A DNA stretch of 64,000 bases, taken from Malacoraja senta. Its lineage: Eukaryota. The DNA lies in contig JAXLNO010000709.1 of the NCBI GenBank assembly GCA_038087875.1, forward strand, positions 186,001 through 250,000, in the 5' to 3' direction. The translations under genes were made by a program, and so were the position numbers. The notes beneath the pieces were generated by a model. The model ran no database searches, was not told the DNA's origin, and was given only the letters and a program-made list of their open reading frames with translations. Of this stretch, positions 26,825 through 37,805 are shown piece after piece; the stretch's first letter is position 1, and each line of letters starts with the position of its first letter.

Positions 26825-27180
26825 TTCTTGCATAAAGCATACCACTGGAGGAATTCAGTAGAGAAAAATGGCGAGTTGACATTTTGGGTCGAGGCCCTTT
26901 ATCCAGATGACTGACATGCATTCCCTCCACTGCTGCTGACTGGCCTGCTGAGTTCCAACAGCAGTTTGTGTGGGAAGGAACTGTAGACACCGAAGATAGA
27001 CAGAAAATGCTGGAGTAACTCAGCGGGACAGGCAGCATCTCTGGATTGATGGAATAGGTGTCATTTTGGTTCAAGGCTCTTCTTCAGACTGAGAGTCAGG
27101 GGAGAGGGAAAACAAGAGATATGGAAGAGATATGAACAACAGCAGTTTGTTTTTTGCGCAAGACTCCAGCATCTGCGATC
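26825..27180. repeat. Nested Penelope-derived fragments
   Basis: GCTGGAGTAACTCAGCGGGACAGGCAGCATCTCTGG...CTTCTTCAGACT family sequence. Confidence 0.6.
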
Positions 27181-28009
27181 ACTTGTGTCATCATTTGTTA
27201 CTTGATGATTATCAGTCAAAATGGAAATATATACTGTTAGGATATAAAGAATAGATTAGAGCACATCACGAAGACTGCAGTTATGTTCCCATTGTTAACC
27301 CTTTAATTCTTCTCTTACCAGCGAACGGGTGTGTGGTAATTATCCTTAAACTGCCACAAATTAAACAGTTTAATAACCACCCATGTTCATGTACTTTTGT
27401 TTATTGAATCTTTCCTGTACTTTATTTGTGTGTGAATTATTGAGTGCTCTTCCCACCTTCTGAAATGATTTCCTGTCTTTCTCGAAAAATGTAAGATTTC
27501 TATTTTGGACAGCAATAGATACGGTTCACCCCTCTAAATACCAAGTCTGTTATTGCTACTGCATTCCTAACTGGATTGCTAATGTTCTCCTCCCAACTTT
27601 GAGTCATCTCATCTTGTTGGCTGCCATTTGATGGTCCACCCATGAATTATCATTCTCTGGATAAGAATCTAGTTTTTTCAGGTTTGAAGGTCATTTGCTC
27701 TGGTTGTTCCTGGTGTGTCTCCTTTTGCTCTCCTCACCTTTTCTCCTATACAGTGTTTACAGCCCACTCATAAACATCTACAGGGTTAGGCTCATTCCTA
27801 AGGCAAACCACTACAACAGCCACTTCACTGGGGAAAGTTCCCAAAATATTCTGCCAATCATTGTTCATGTTCATGAAAGCACTGTACCCCACCCCCCACC
27901 CACCCCGCCCCTCCAAAAAAAAGGATGTGTATTGAGGTTTATTCTCGAGAAGCAATGGCGTGTGAGAGTTCTTCGAAAGGCTGGAGCCTTGATGTCGTAG
28001 CTGTAAAAT

Positions 28010-28725
28010 TCATGGAATTATACAGCATGGAAACAAGCCCTTCACCCCATCTCATTCAACGCTCATTTACCTGCATTTTGCCTATATCTCCCCAAATCTT
28101 TCTTATCCATGTACGTGTCAAATTGTCTTGTTAATGTTGCAATTGCCTCGCCTCTACTACTTAGTCTGCCAGCTTGTTCCACACACCCACAACCTTCTAC
28201 AATTTGACCCTTAGATCCTCTTTAAATATTTTCCCTCTCACCTTAAACCTGTGCCCTCTATTTTTACCCCTCCCCCCCAGCCTGGAATAAAGTTTGTACC
28301 TATATACACTGCAAATCATAATTTTTATTAATCTCTACAATGCTACTCCTCAGAGTCTTTTGCTCCAGGGTTAAACAGTTCCAGCCTATTCAGTCTATTC
28401 TTATATAGTCCAGGCAATATTCCTGCAAATCATTTCTGCACCTTCTCTAACTTAATCACAGTCTTCCTATCACGTGGCAACTAGAACTGCACACGATGCT
28501 CTAACTGCAGCATAACCAATAATTTATACAACTGCAACATGACCTCCCTATTCCTATACTCAATACCTCAGCCGATGAAGGCAAGCATACCATACACCTC
28601 CTTTATTCCTCTGTCTATCTGTGTTGCCACTTTTAGGGAACTATGTACCCGAAAGTATTGCTTTTCAATAACACTCCACAGCTCCCTGCCATTCACTGAG
28701 TATGTCCTGGGCTGATTTAACTTCC
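28010..28725 (-). mobile_element. Degraded CR1 3' fragment
   Basis: Reverse complement shows CVQF.LPRDRK-like and FKVRG..FK.DLRV-like segments. Confidence 0.7.
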
Positions 28726-28926
28726 CATTTCAGATTTTTATTTGAGCATGCAACTTTGAAAAAAGGAAAGCATTTCAAGAAACAATGTGCCTGCATTGTT
28801 GCACCAGAATTGTGAAAGAAATTGATCGTTTGTTTGCAGATTTTTAAAACAGTGCCAGGGCAAAGTAAAATTGGTTTCCTGATCCCATTGAGAGCAAATG
28901 GGTTTCTAGACCCACATGTTCAGATA

Positions 28927-29142
28927 TTAGTTTAGTTTAGAGACACAGCGAGGAAACAAGCCCTTCGGCCCATCAAGTCCGCACTGACCAGTGATCCCCG
29001 CACATTAACACTATCCTACACACCCGTGGGACAATTTTACACTTGCACCAAGCCAATTAACCTACAAACCTGTACGTCTTTGGAGTATGAGAAAAAAACG
29101 AAGATCTCGGAGAAAACCCACGTGGTCACGGGGAGAAGGTAC
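28927..29142 (-). mobile_element. HE1-like SINE, 5' truncated
   Basis: (TTTAG)n tail plus SINE body. Confidence 0.85.
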
Positions 29143-29196
29143 AAAACAATCAACAATTAAAATAACAGCATATGATACAATGGAATATCAAAAGTC

Positions 29197-29928
29197 ATTC
29201 AATTCAATTCAATTTTATTTGTCTTTTGAGGGACAAATTTGTCATTTGGACCCCTTGAGGTCCAAACGAAATGTCGTTTCTGCAGCCATACAATACAAAA
29301 CAAAGAAGACCCGAGACACAACACAATTTACACATACATCCATCACAACGCTGTGATGGAAGGCAAAAATAACGTATCTCTCCACTGCACTCCCCCCCCC
29401 CGGATGTCAGAGTCAAAGTCAAAGCCCCCGGCGGGCGATGGTGATTGTCCCGCAGCCATTAAAGCCACGCCGGGTGATGCAAGGTCGTGCACCGGGTCTT
29501 GGTGTTAGAGCCCCGGCGCGCGCCCGCAAAGTCCGGCAGCCATTCCAAGCCGCGCGGGGGGATAAAGCCCCGCTCCAGGTGCTCCTCAACCCCGCAACTC
29601 GGGCGGGAGAAGTCGCCGCTGCGGAAGCCCCGAAAAGCGGTCTCCCACCAGGGGACCCGAGGGCCTCCGGTGTTGCCGTCCGCCAGACCCGCGGTTGTAG
29701 CCTCCGAATCTCCGGGGGTCGGGTCGCTGCAGCGATTGTTTCCACCACAGCTCCACCCGCTCCGGACTCGGCCAGCCCCGCGACGGTGAGTAGTCCGCAG
29801 CTCCACAACTGGAGCCCCAGGTCGTTCCTGCTGGAGGCCGCTCCACGTTGCCCAGCCCCAACGACAACGGAGACCCGACAAAGAAAAGGTCGGGTCTCCC
29901 GTGCAGCGGAAAGATTTTAAAGTTTCCC
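29197..29928 (-). mobile_element. CpG-rich non-coding retroposon, copy 2 (5' truncated)
   Basis: Near-identical to 2174-2897; (TTGAA)n tail. Confidence 0.85.
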
Positions 29929-30811
29929 ACATGATACCACATGATATTTAACAACCACGCTGCTGTTAAATGTATACACATTCTTATATACAGCACAGTT
30001 CTCAAACAAACTATCAATATTTTTTTTAAAATTCAAGATAACAGTAGATAATTATTTACAGATGAGAAATGATTAACACTCTTATGGCCCTGTCTCACGG
30101 TGCGAGTCCACCCACGAGTGATCCCGAGTGAAAGAAAAAATCAAACTCGTGGTTGTCTACGAGATTCCAAGTTTATGTTCACTAGGTTTAAACGAGTTCC
30201 CATGTGTATGTCTAAGTTTGCCGTTTACTTCTCATTTCTGCGATGTACCAAGTTCCTCTCCCGAGTTACTCTTGAGCCAGCAACGACTACCGACGTGTGG
30301 AAAAATCATCACATGGATAAAAATGTCATGCAGTTTTTTTTTACTATAAAAAGCCTCCCATGACCATGGACAGAACTGCCCCGATGATCAGCTTCTCCGT
30401 GTCTCTTATGTAGCTGCATGCTTCTCTTGTCATGTATTTAACCGCTTTTATCAAATCGTTGCCTATCATTGCTGCAATGCAATAAATGGCATTTAAAGTA
30501 CTTGGTTGTCAAAAAAAACGCAAAACGTAAAGGTGTTTAAGAAACGGACTGCAGGGAGAACTTCAAAGCTTTTGTAAATCGATTAAATTCAGGTAGAAGT
30601 TGAACTCAAGATTTAAATCCCCTGAAAGTTAGGCTTCTTAACACAGGATAGATGTTCTGCCAGAACGGAGTTGCTGAATAAAATCGTCTCCCATTTCCTC
30701 CGTTTCTTGCATCACCTCAGCTTGCCAGCTTTATTTCACACTCCGTGATCTGTGTAATGTATATAAGTGTAAAATAATAAACTGACCAAGAAGGTCCAGT
30801 GTTCTCCCCTG

Positions 30812-31035
30812 TTAGTTTAGTTTGAAGATACAGAGAGGAAACAGGCCCTTCGGACCACCGGGTCCGCGCCGACCAGCGATCCCCGTACACTAACACCATC
30901 CTACACCCACTATGGACATTTTTACATTCACCAAGCCAATTAACCTACATACCTGTACGTCTTTGGAGTGTGGGGGGGATCTCGGAGAAAACCCACGCAG
31001 GTCACGGGGAGAACTTACAAACTCAGTACAGACAG
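30812..31035 (-). mobile_element. HE1-like SINE 3' portion, fused directly to the TLR7-like fragment
   Basis: CTGTCTGTACTGAGTTTGTAAG...GAAGGGCCTGTTTCC...AAACTAAACTAA on the minus strand. Confidence 0.85.
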
Positions 31036-31613
31036 TAAGAGTGTGATCAAGGCGGAGAAAGTGTAGAGGCCAATGCCCAGGTAGTCCAACTCGCAGGAGT
31101 GCAGGTCCACCATGACGACGCTGTGGCCGCGGTGGGCTTTGGGGGAGGCGCAGGTGACATCGGTGACCAGGCGAGGTATGTAGACCGTGGTCTGATTGAT
31201 CCACCACACGAACCACCTGGCGTCGCAGGTGCAGAGAAAGTGGTTGCCGCTTAGCCGCAGCTCCCGAAGGTGTTTGATGGCGCTGTCCGGGAAACTGGAG
31301 GCCTGGATGGTCTTCAGGTTGTTGTAGCTGAGATCCAGGTACTGCAGGGAGGCCACGTCCCGCAGGAAGTCCTTGGTCAGCTTGGAGATCTGGTTGCGGG
31401 TGAGGTTGAAGACGCAGGGTCTGGGTGCAGTTGGACAGCATGCGAGGCACCGTGGTCAACAGGTTGCTACCGAGGTCCAGCAGCTCCAACCAGCCTAGCA
31501 GCTAAAGCCTGCCCCAGTTGAAGCTCCACAGCTGGTTACCGCTCAGCACAAGCTCCTTGAGTAGCGGGGGGCAGGTGGTCAAACACGTCGTGCGGCATGA
31601 ACGCGAGTTTCTT
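31036..31613 (-). pseudogene. TLR7: Toll-like receptor 7-like fragment (C-terminal LRRs, LRRCT, start of TM); no TIR domain
   Basis: Translation FMPHDVFDHLPPLLKELVLSGNQLWSFNWGRL*LLGWLELLDLGSNLLTTVPRMLSNCTQTL/VFNLTRNQISKLTKDFLRDVASLQYLDLSYNNLKTIQASSFP...NHFLCTCDARWFVWWINQTTVYIPRLVTDVTCASPKAHRGHSVVMVDLHSCELD matches my recollection of vertebrate TLR7 (LTTVPERLSNCS; NRFLCTCDAVWFVWW; DVTC..PGAHKGQSV..LDL..CELD); stop at 31502-04 and frameshift near 31414. Confidence 0.85.
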
Positions 31614-31685
31614 CCCCTAATAATCCGCTGCTATCTGTGTTCGAGAGCGAAAACTTGCAAAGGGCAGGCACGGTTCCTCGCCAGC

Positions 31686-31899
31686 GAAGATGGACACAGA
31701 GTAACTCAGCGGGACAGGCAACATCTCTGGAGAGAAGGAATGGGTGACGTTTCGGGTCGAGACCCATTCTCTCCAGAGATACGGCAACAGCACAGCACAA
31801 AACCAGTCTGAAGAAGGGTCTCGACCCGAAACGTCACCAATTCCTTTTCTCCAGAGATGCTGTCTGCCCCGCTGAGTTACTCCAGCATTCTGTGTCTAC
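31686..31899. repeat. Penelope-derived foldback repeat
   Basis: Inverted arms GAGTAACTCAGCGGG... and ...CCCGCTGAGTTACTC. Confidence 0.8.
31808..31835 (+). ncRNA. Minimal type I hammerhead ribozyme motif (PLE-type)
   Basis: CTGAAGA-A-GGGTC-TC-GACCC-GAAA-C-GTC. Confidence 0.62.
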
Positions 31900-32404
31900 A
31901 TCCCATGGCTTATAATGTCACCTCACATTGTAAAATCATTATCTGAAGAAATGTCTCCTCGCTGGCTCAAACATAATCTATGTAGAATTCACGTTTCTCT
32001 CTGCTTCATATACGTGTGAATTCCCTCAGTATGGTCACTTTTCACGCGTCCCGCCCGGTGTTAACCCTTCCCATCAATGCTCTGTACCTTCAGCTTCATC
32101 GGCGGCTCTCTCCCATCGAAAGTATCCAAGTTAATTTCAGACCCCTATCCATCCATCCATTCATTCATTTTCCATTAAGGTGTGACTAATCTTCAACATT
32201 TCACTTCTGGCACTCAGGCCAAACCCACGGTAGACTCAAGAGTCACTACGGTAAACTCACGGGCTACTACGTTCTTACAACGAGTTTAAATGTTTCAAAT
32301 TTTATCTTCAAGAGTAAATTTGACTCGTGGAAATCTTTAAACATGTTTAAAATTTTTCAAGAGTTAACAAGTTTCCCGGGGTACCTGCCGTTAGCACCAC
32401 GAGT

Positions 32405-33237
32405 GGCGGCGCCTAACGGCAGCGGCTCGACTGCAGTCCGTCTGTCTTTTTTTTATTTTTGTCTAGTTAAATGTAGTTGTTTGTGTTTTTTTATATTGTT
32501 TTTAACTGTGTATATGTGGGGGGCGGGCGGGGGGAAACTTAAAAAAATCTCTTCCCTGTATTGAGGACCCGACCTTTCTCTGTCGGGTTGTCGTTGGGGC
32601 CTAGCACCGTGGAGCGGCCTCCAACCGGAACGACCTGGGGCTCCAGTCGCGGAGCCTGCGGACTACTCAGCATCGTGGAGCTGGCTGAGTTCGGAGCGTG
32701 GAGAGCTGCGGTGACGCGCGGCTGTGACCCGACCCCGGAGATTCGGAGGCTCCAGCCGCAGGTCTGGTGGACGGTAACATCGGGAGCTCGCGGGTCCCTG
32801 GTGGGAGACCGCTTTTCGGGGCTCCCGCAACGGCAACTTCTCCCGCCCGAGTTGCGGGGTTGAAGATGACCTGGAGCTGGGTCTAACATCGCCCGGCGCG
32901 GCTTTAATGGCCGCGGGACTTGCTAGCGCTACGGGGGGCTCCAAACTCCAGACCCGGAGGGCGGCCTTGCATCGCCCGGCGCGGCTTTAATGGCTGCGGG
33001 ACTTATTTTCCATCGCCCGCCGGGGGCTCTGACTCTGACATCGGGAGGAGAATGGGGAGTGCAGGGGAGAGATAAGACTTTGCCTTCCATCACAGCGAGG
33101 AGGAGATTCGCTGTGATGGATGTTTGTGTAAATTGTGTTGTGTCTTGGTTCTTTTTACTTGTTTGTATGACTGCAGAAACCAAATTTCGCTTGAACTTCA
33201 TTTGAGGTTCAAATGACAATAAATGGTATTGTATTGT
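32405..33237 (+). mobile_element. CpG-rich non-coding retroposon, copy 3 (divergent subfamily, full length), (TATTG)n tail
   Basis: Homologous end-to-end to the reverse complement of 2174-3033; 6-bp TSD ACGAGT (32399-404, 33238-43). Confidence 0.85.
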
Positions 33238-33894
33238 ACGAGTCGCTAAGTTGCGTCCACGAGTTCTGACGTTCCCGCTACGTTAATTGTACGTGATTAC
33301 CACGAGTTTAATTTGTTTTAAACTTGGGGTCACTCGTGGGGTCGACTCGCACCGTGAGACGGGTTTAACTATCATCTTGTTGCTGCATCATTATTACGAT
33401 GTGGATTTCTTATTAAAAAAGAAAACATTTGCTTAGAAAAGAAGAATGAAAGATTTCCCAAAAATGGAGTAATGGGGCTCATAATATAATGATATACAAG
33501 ATGAAACTTATTAATGAAATTTGATCTTTATAATGTTAAGATTTAGATATGAAATATGATTTGCAGTGTATATAGTTACAAACTTTATAAGGTTAAGATA
33601 AGCTTTAATATCACAGTGCGTTGAAAATAATTAGAATTAAACAAAATGCAGTGGGACGACTTTGAAGTTGATTCGAAGGTTAAGCTGAACTTAAGTTTTA
33701 AAAGGTGTGTTGAAAGCATCGGCGCAAATGACATTATGCTTCAGTTCATGATTTAAAAGCTTGAAAATGAGCAAAGCTGAAACTTAAAAGAAGTTGGGTG
33801 TAGTGATTTTTTGCAGACTTGGCAGTTTCAGAATCTGCAAACATGGTTGAGGATATTTTGCCTGTTCCAAATGTGAGTGGAGGTGACAATGTGA

Positions 33895-34190
33895 ATGGAA
33901 TGGAGTACTTTATTGTGACATGTGACTAGGCACAGTGAAATTCTTTGCTTTTATACCCAATGTACAGCTGCTCCTCGACCTACATGGGGTTACGTTCTGA
34001 TAAACCCATCATAAACCGAAAATATCGCAAGTCGAAGCATCGTAAATCGGGGAGCACCTGTATACAAAAAGCGGCCACGTACAAAGCTCCCCCTTTTGAT
34101 CCCCCCCACAACGGTCCCCACATGCTGGGTCCTCCATCGTTCTTCCCCCTCTCTCACGGCGGTCCCCCCCACTCTTTCATCGATTGTCGA
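33895..34190 (-). mobile_element. Short retroposon with Rex-type stem-loop tail (same family as 38995-39480), interrupted by a MITE
   Basis: TTTATTGTGACATGTGACTAGGCACAGTGAAATTC shared with the 39006 region. Confidence 0.65.
33965..34060. mobile_element. 96-bp pogo/Tigger-type MITE (MER47/Tigger5-like ends)
   Basis: TIRs CAGCTGCTCCTCGACCTAC and GTAAATCGGGGAGCACCTG; TA TSD; the empty site is visible in the paralog at ~39052-39068. Confidence 0.82.
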
Positions 34191-34306
34191 CCACTGGTAT
34201 TAGACAGGAAAATATATCTATTCATTTTCAGGCAAAATTGCGACAGGACATTGAGGGAGCTTCTTATATTTAATGGTGGAATTCATTTCAAAGATATGAG
34301 CAGTTA

Positions 34307-36472
34307 CAGTGCCCTCCATAATGTTTAGGACAAAAACCCATCATTTATTTATTTGCCTCTGTACTCCACAAATTGAGATTTGTAATAGAAAAAATCACAT
34401 GTGGTTAAAGTGCACATTGTCAGATTTTAATAAAGGCCATTTTTATACATTTTGGTTTCACCATGTAGAAATTACAGCAGTGAATACATAGTCCCCCCCA
34501 TTTCAGGGCACCATAATGTTTGGGACGCAGCAATGTCATGTAAATGAAAGTAGTCAAGTTTAGTATTTTGTTGCATATCCTTTGCATGCAATGATTGCTT
34601 GAAGTCTGCGATTCATGGACATCACCAGATGCCTGGTGTCTTCTCTGGTGATACTCTGCCAGGCCTGTATTGCAGCCATCTTTAGCTTATGCTTGTTTTG
34701 GGGGCTAGTCCCCTTCCATTTTATCTTCAGCATATAAAATGTTCAGATCAGGTGATTGACTTGGCCACATGAATTGACTATTTTTTAGCTTTGAAAAACT
34801 CCTTTGTTGCTTTAGAAATATGTTTGGGATCATTGGCTTGCTGTAGAATGAACGCCAGCCAATGAGTTTTGAGGCATTTGTTTGAACTTGAGCAAATGGG
34901 ATGTGTCTATACACTTCAGAATTCATTATGCTACTACCATCAGCAGTTGTATCATCAATGAAGATAAGTGAGCCAGTACCTTCAGCAGCCATACATGCCC
35001 AGGCCATAACACCCCCACCACCGTGTTTCACAGATCAGTCTGCTTTGGATCTTGGGCAGTTCCTTCTCTCCTCCATACTTTGCTCTTGCCATCACTGTGA
35101 TATGTTAATCTTTGTCTCATCTGTCCACAAGACCTTTTTCCAGAACTGTGATTGCTCTTTTAAGTACTTCTTGCCAAACTGTAACATGGCTATCCTATTT
35201 TTGCGGCTGACCAGTGGTTTGCATCTTGCAGTGTCGCCTCTGTATCTCTGTTCATGAAGTCTTCTGCGGACAGTGGTCATTGACAAATCCACACCTGACT
35301 CCTGAAGAGTGTTTCTGATCTGTCGAACAGGTGTTTGGGGATTTTTCTTTATTATAGAGAGAATTCTTCTGTCTTCAGCTGTGGAGGTCTTCCTTGGCCT
35401 GCCAGTCCCTTTGCAAATAGTAAGCTCACCAGTGCTCTCTTTCTTCTTAATGATGTTCCAAGCAGTTGATTTTGGTAAGCTTATCGTTTGGCTGATGTCT
35501 CTAACAGTTTTATTCTTGTTTCTCAGTCTCATAATTGCTTCTTTGACTTTCATTGGCACAACATTGGTCCTTATGTTGATAAACAGCAATAAAAGTTTCC
35601 AAAGGTGATGGAAAGACTGGAGGAAAGACTAGGTGCTGATAGCTCTCTTAAGGGACTTGGGCGACCTAATTGGCGAGTTTAGGAGAGTTTGAAAAAATGT
35701 CATGTTGAAGACCTCCTTTGACTATGTAGAAGACCTCCTTCGACTATGTTGAAGACTAGCTTCGACTATCTACGATTAACTTCGGGAAAATTGGACTGTG
35801 ATAGTGGAGAGTGAAGACGACCCCCTTCGATCTCCTTCGACCTCCCTTCGACTATGATGAAGACTATCTACGACTACCTTCGACTACCCTTGATTACCTA
35901 CGACTAACATGACGACCTACTACGACCTACTACGACTAAACCTACGAGTAAAAAATGTATCCTTTTTTTCCATGGCGACCTTTTTTTACTCACAGGCATT
36001 TTTCAACATGTTGAAAAATACGCCGCGACCTAGCTGAAGCCTCGAGTACACGGTGACTACTCTCGAGCATGAAGGAGAGTTACAAAGACCTCCTACGACC
36101 TCGTGTCGACCATGCTGCCAGTATGAGTTGAGGGCAAACTTGCCAGAACTTGCGGATTAGGTTGCCCAAGTGGGACAGCCCCTTTATACCTGCGTTAAGG
36201 AGGCAATTATTACGCACCTGAGCAATTACAAACACCTGTGAAGCCATGTGTCCCAAAGATTATGGTGCCCTGAAATGGGGGGACTGTGTATAAACACTGT
36301 TGTAATTTCTACATGTTGAAACCAAAATGGATAAAAAATACCCTTTAATACAATTTGACAAAGTGCACTTCAACCACATGCGATTTTTTTCTGTTACAAA
36401 TCTCAAATTGTGGAGTACAGAGGCAAATAAATAAATGATGGGTCTTTGTCCCAAACATTGTGGAGGGCACTG
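34307..36472 (-). mobile_element. Tc1 transposon (IR/DR type) with disrupted transposase
   Basis: ~220-bp TIRs starting [43 protein letters not shown] and WPSQSPDLN motifs. Confidence 0.93.
35651..36183. mobile_element. PIF/Harbinger-type MITE nested in the Tc1 5' UTR
   Basis: TTA TSD (35648-50, 36184-86); right end closely matches 18720-18913; internal (TTCGACTA/ACGAC)-like repeats; uninterrupted site in the second Tc1 near 54615-54630. Confidence 0.87.
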
Positions 36473-36906
36473 TATACAGTGGGAGCTCTGTTGAATGGTT
36501 CTTTTTCTTCAATATGTTTGATTGTTGTAAGCTCCTGGAAACACTCAGCTAATGAACCATTTTTCTTACTATTGATTTATGTTGGGTTGCATGCAAACAC
36601 ATCAATACCTTGTTGATTATCAGTATAAATCAACAATAAAATCTAAAATAATGACATGTCGGCAATGAATAACAAGGCTGTAATTTACTCTGAGATTTTG
36701 TTAATTTAAATCACGAGGAGAAAGTCCAAAAGGGTTACTTGTGTTATATGTCTCAAATTAGGTCTTATATTTGCTCACTGTCAACTATTGATTTTATAAG
36801 GTGTTCTACAATTTCCGTGAATGTATACGAAGCTTCGATTACTTTGTGAAGATTAAATGGGGCGCAAATATTATATCATCATTCTGCAGTAATTATACAG
36901 GAATTC

Positions 36907-37215
36907 GTGGGAGAGTCTAGGACCAGTCATAGCCCCAGAATTAATGGTCGTTCCTTTCGGAAAGAGATGAGGAGGAATTTCTTTAGTCAGATGGTGGCGA
37001 ATCTGCGGAATTCATTGCCACAGAAGGCTGTGGAGGCCAAGTCAGCAGATATTTTTAAAGTAGAGATAGATAGATTCTTGATTAGTACAGGTTTAGGGGT
37101 TACGGGGAGAAGGCAGGAGAATGGGGTTAGGAAGGAGAGATAGATCAGCCATGATTGAATGGCGAAGTAGACTTGATGGGCTGAATGGCCTATTTCTGCT
37201 CCTCTCACTTATGAA
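36907..37215 (+). mobile_element. CR1 3' fragment
   Basis: GESRT.HS.RI.GRSF..EMRRNFFSQ; 3' UTR present. Confidence 0.85.
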
Positions 37216-37219
37216 CCAT

Positions 37220-37805
37220 AGTTAGTTTAGTTTATTGTCACTTGTACCGAGGTACAGTGAAAAGCTTTTGTTCCCTGCTAACCAGTCAGTAGAAAGACAG
37301 TATGCCATCGATCCATTTACAATGTATAGATACATGATAATGGAATAACGTTTAGTGCAAGATGAAGCCAGCAACGTCCGATCAAGGATAGTCCGAGGAT
37401 TACGAAAGAGGTAGATAGTAGATCAGCACAGCTCTCTGGTTGTGGTAGGATGATTCAGTTGGCTGATAACAGCTGGGAAGAAACTGTCTCTGAATCTGGT
37501 GGTGTGCTTTTTCACACTTCTATACCTTTTGCCTGAGTGAGAAGAGAGAGTGGCCAGGGTGCGACTCGTCCTTGATTATGCTGCGGGCCTTGCTGGGGCA
37601 GGCTGAGGTATAAAGGGAGTCAATATATAGAACAGAGGTTGGTTTGTGTAATGGTCTGGGCTGTGTCCACAATTCGCTGCAATTTCTTACGGTCCACGAT
37701 AGAGCTGTTCCCAAACCAAGCTGTGATGCATTCCGATAAAATGCCTTCTATGGTCCATCTGTAGAAGTTGGTGAGAGATGTAGGGGACATGCCGAACTTC
37801 CTAAG
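37220..37805 (-). mobile_element. Rex1/Babar-type 3' fragment
   Basis: Minus strand NFYRWTIEGILS.CITAWFGN...IIKDESHPGHSLF; stem-loop tail GTGACAATAAACTAAAC. Confidence 0.8.

Larger units (their letters stand above)
30085..33364. mobile_element. PIF/Harbinger-like TIR element (~3.3 kb, non-autonomous) carrying a TLR7-like fragment and nested repeats
   Basis: ~66-bp imperfect TIRs: 30085-30153 (CCCTGTCTCACGGTGCGAGTCCACCCACGAGTGA...AAACTCGTGGT) vs 33299-33364; TTA at 30082-84 and 33365-67; subterminal ACGAG repeats; termini resemble the other Harbinger elements here. Confidence 0.78.

Noticed and set aside
30890..31613. Functional TLR gene
   Set aside because: In-frame stop, frameshift, no N-terminus or TIR domain, and it terminates in SINE sequence.
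35710..35950. Short GAAGACCTCCTTCGACTA/ACGAC repeats, superficially CRISPR-like
   Set aside because: Degenerate tandem units without unique spacers, inside a Harbinger MITE in eukaryotic DNA; no cas genes.
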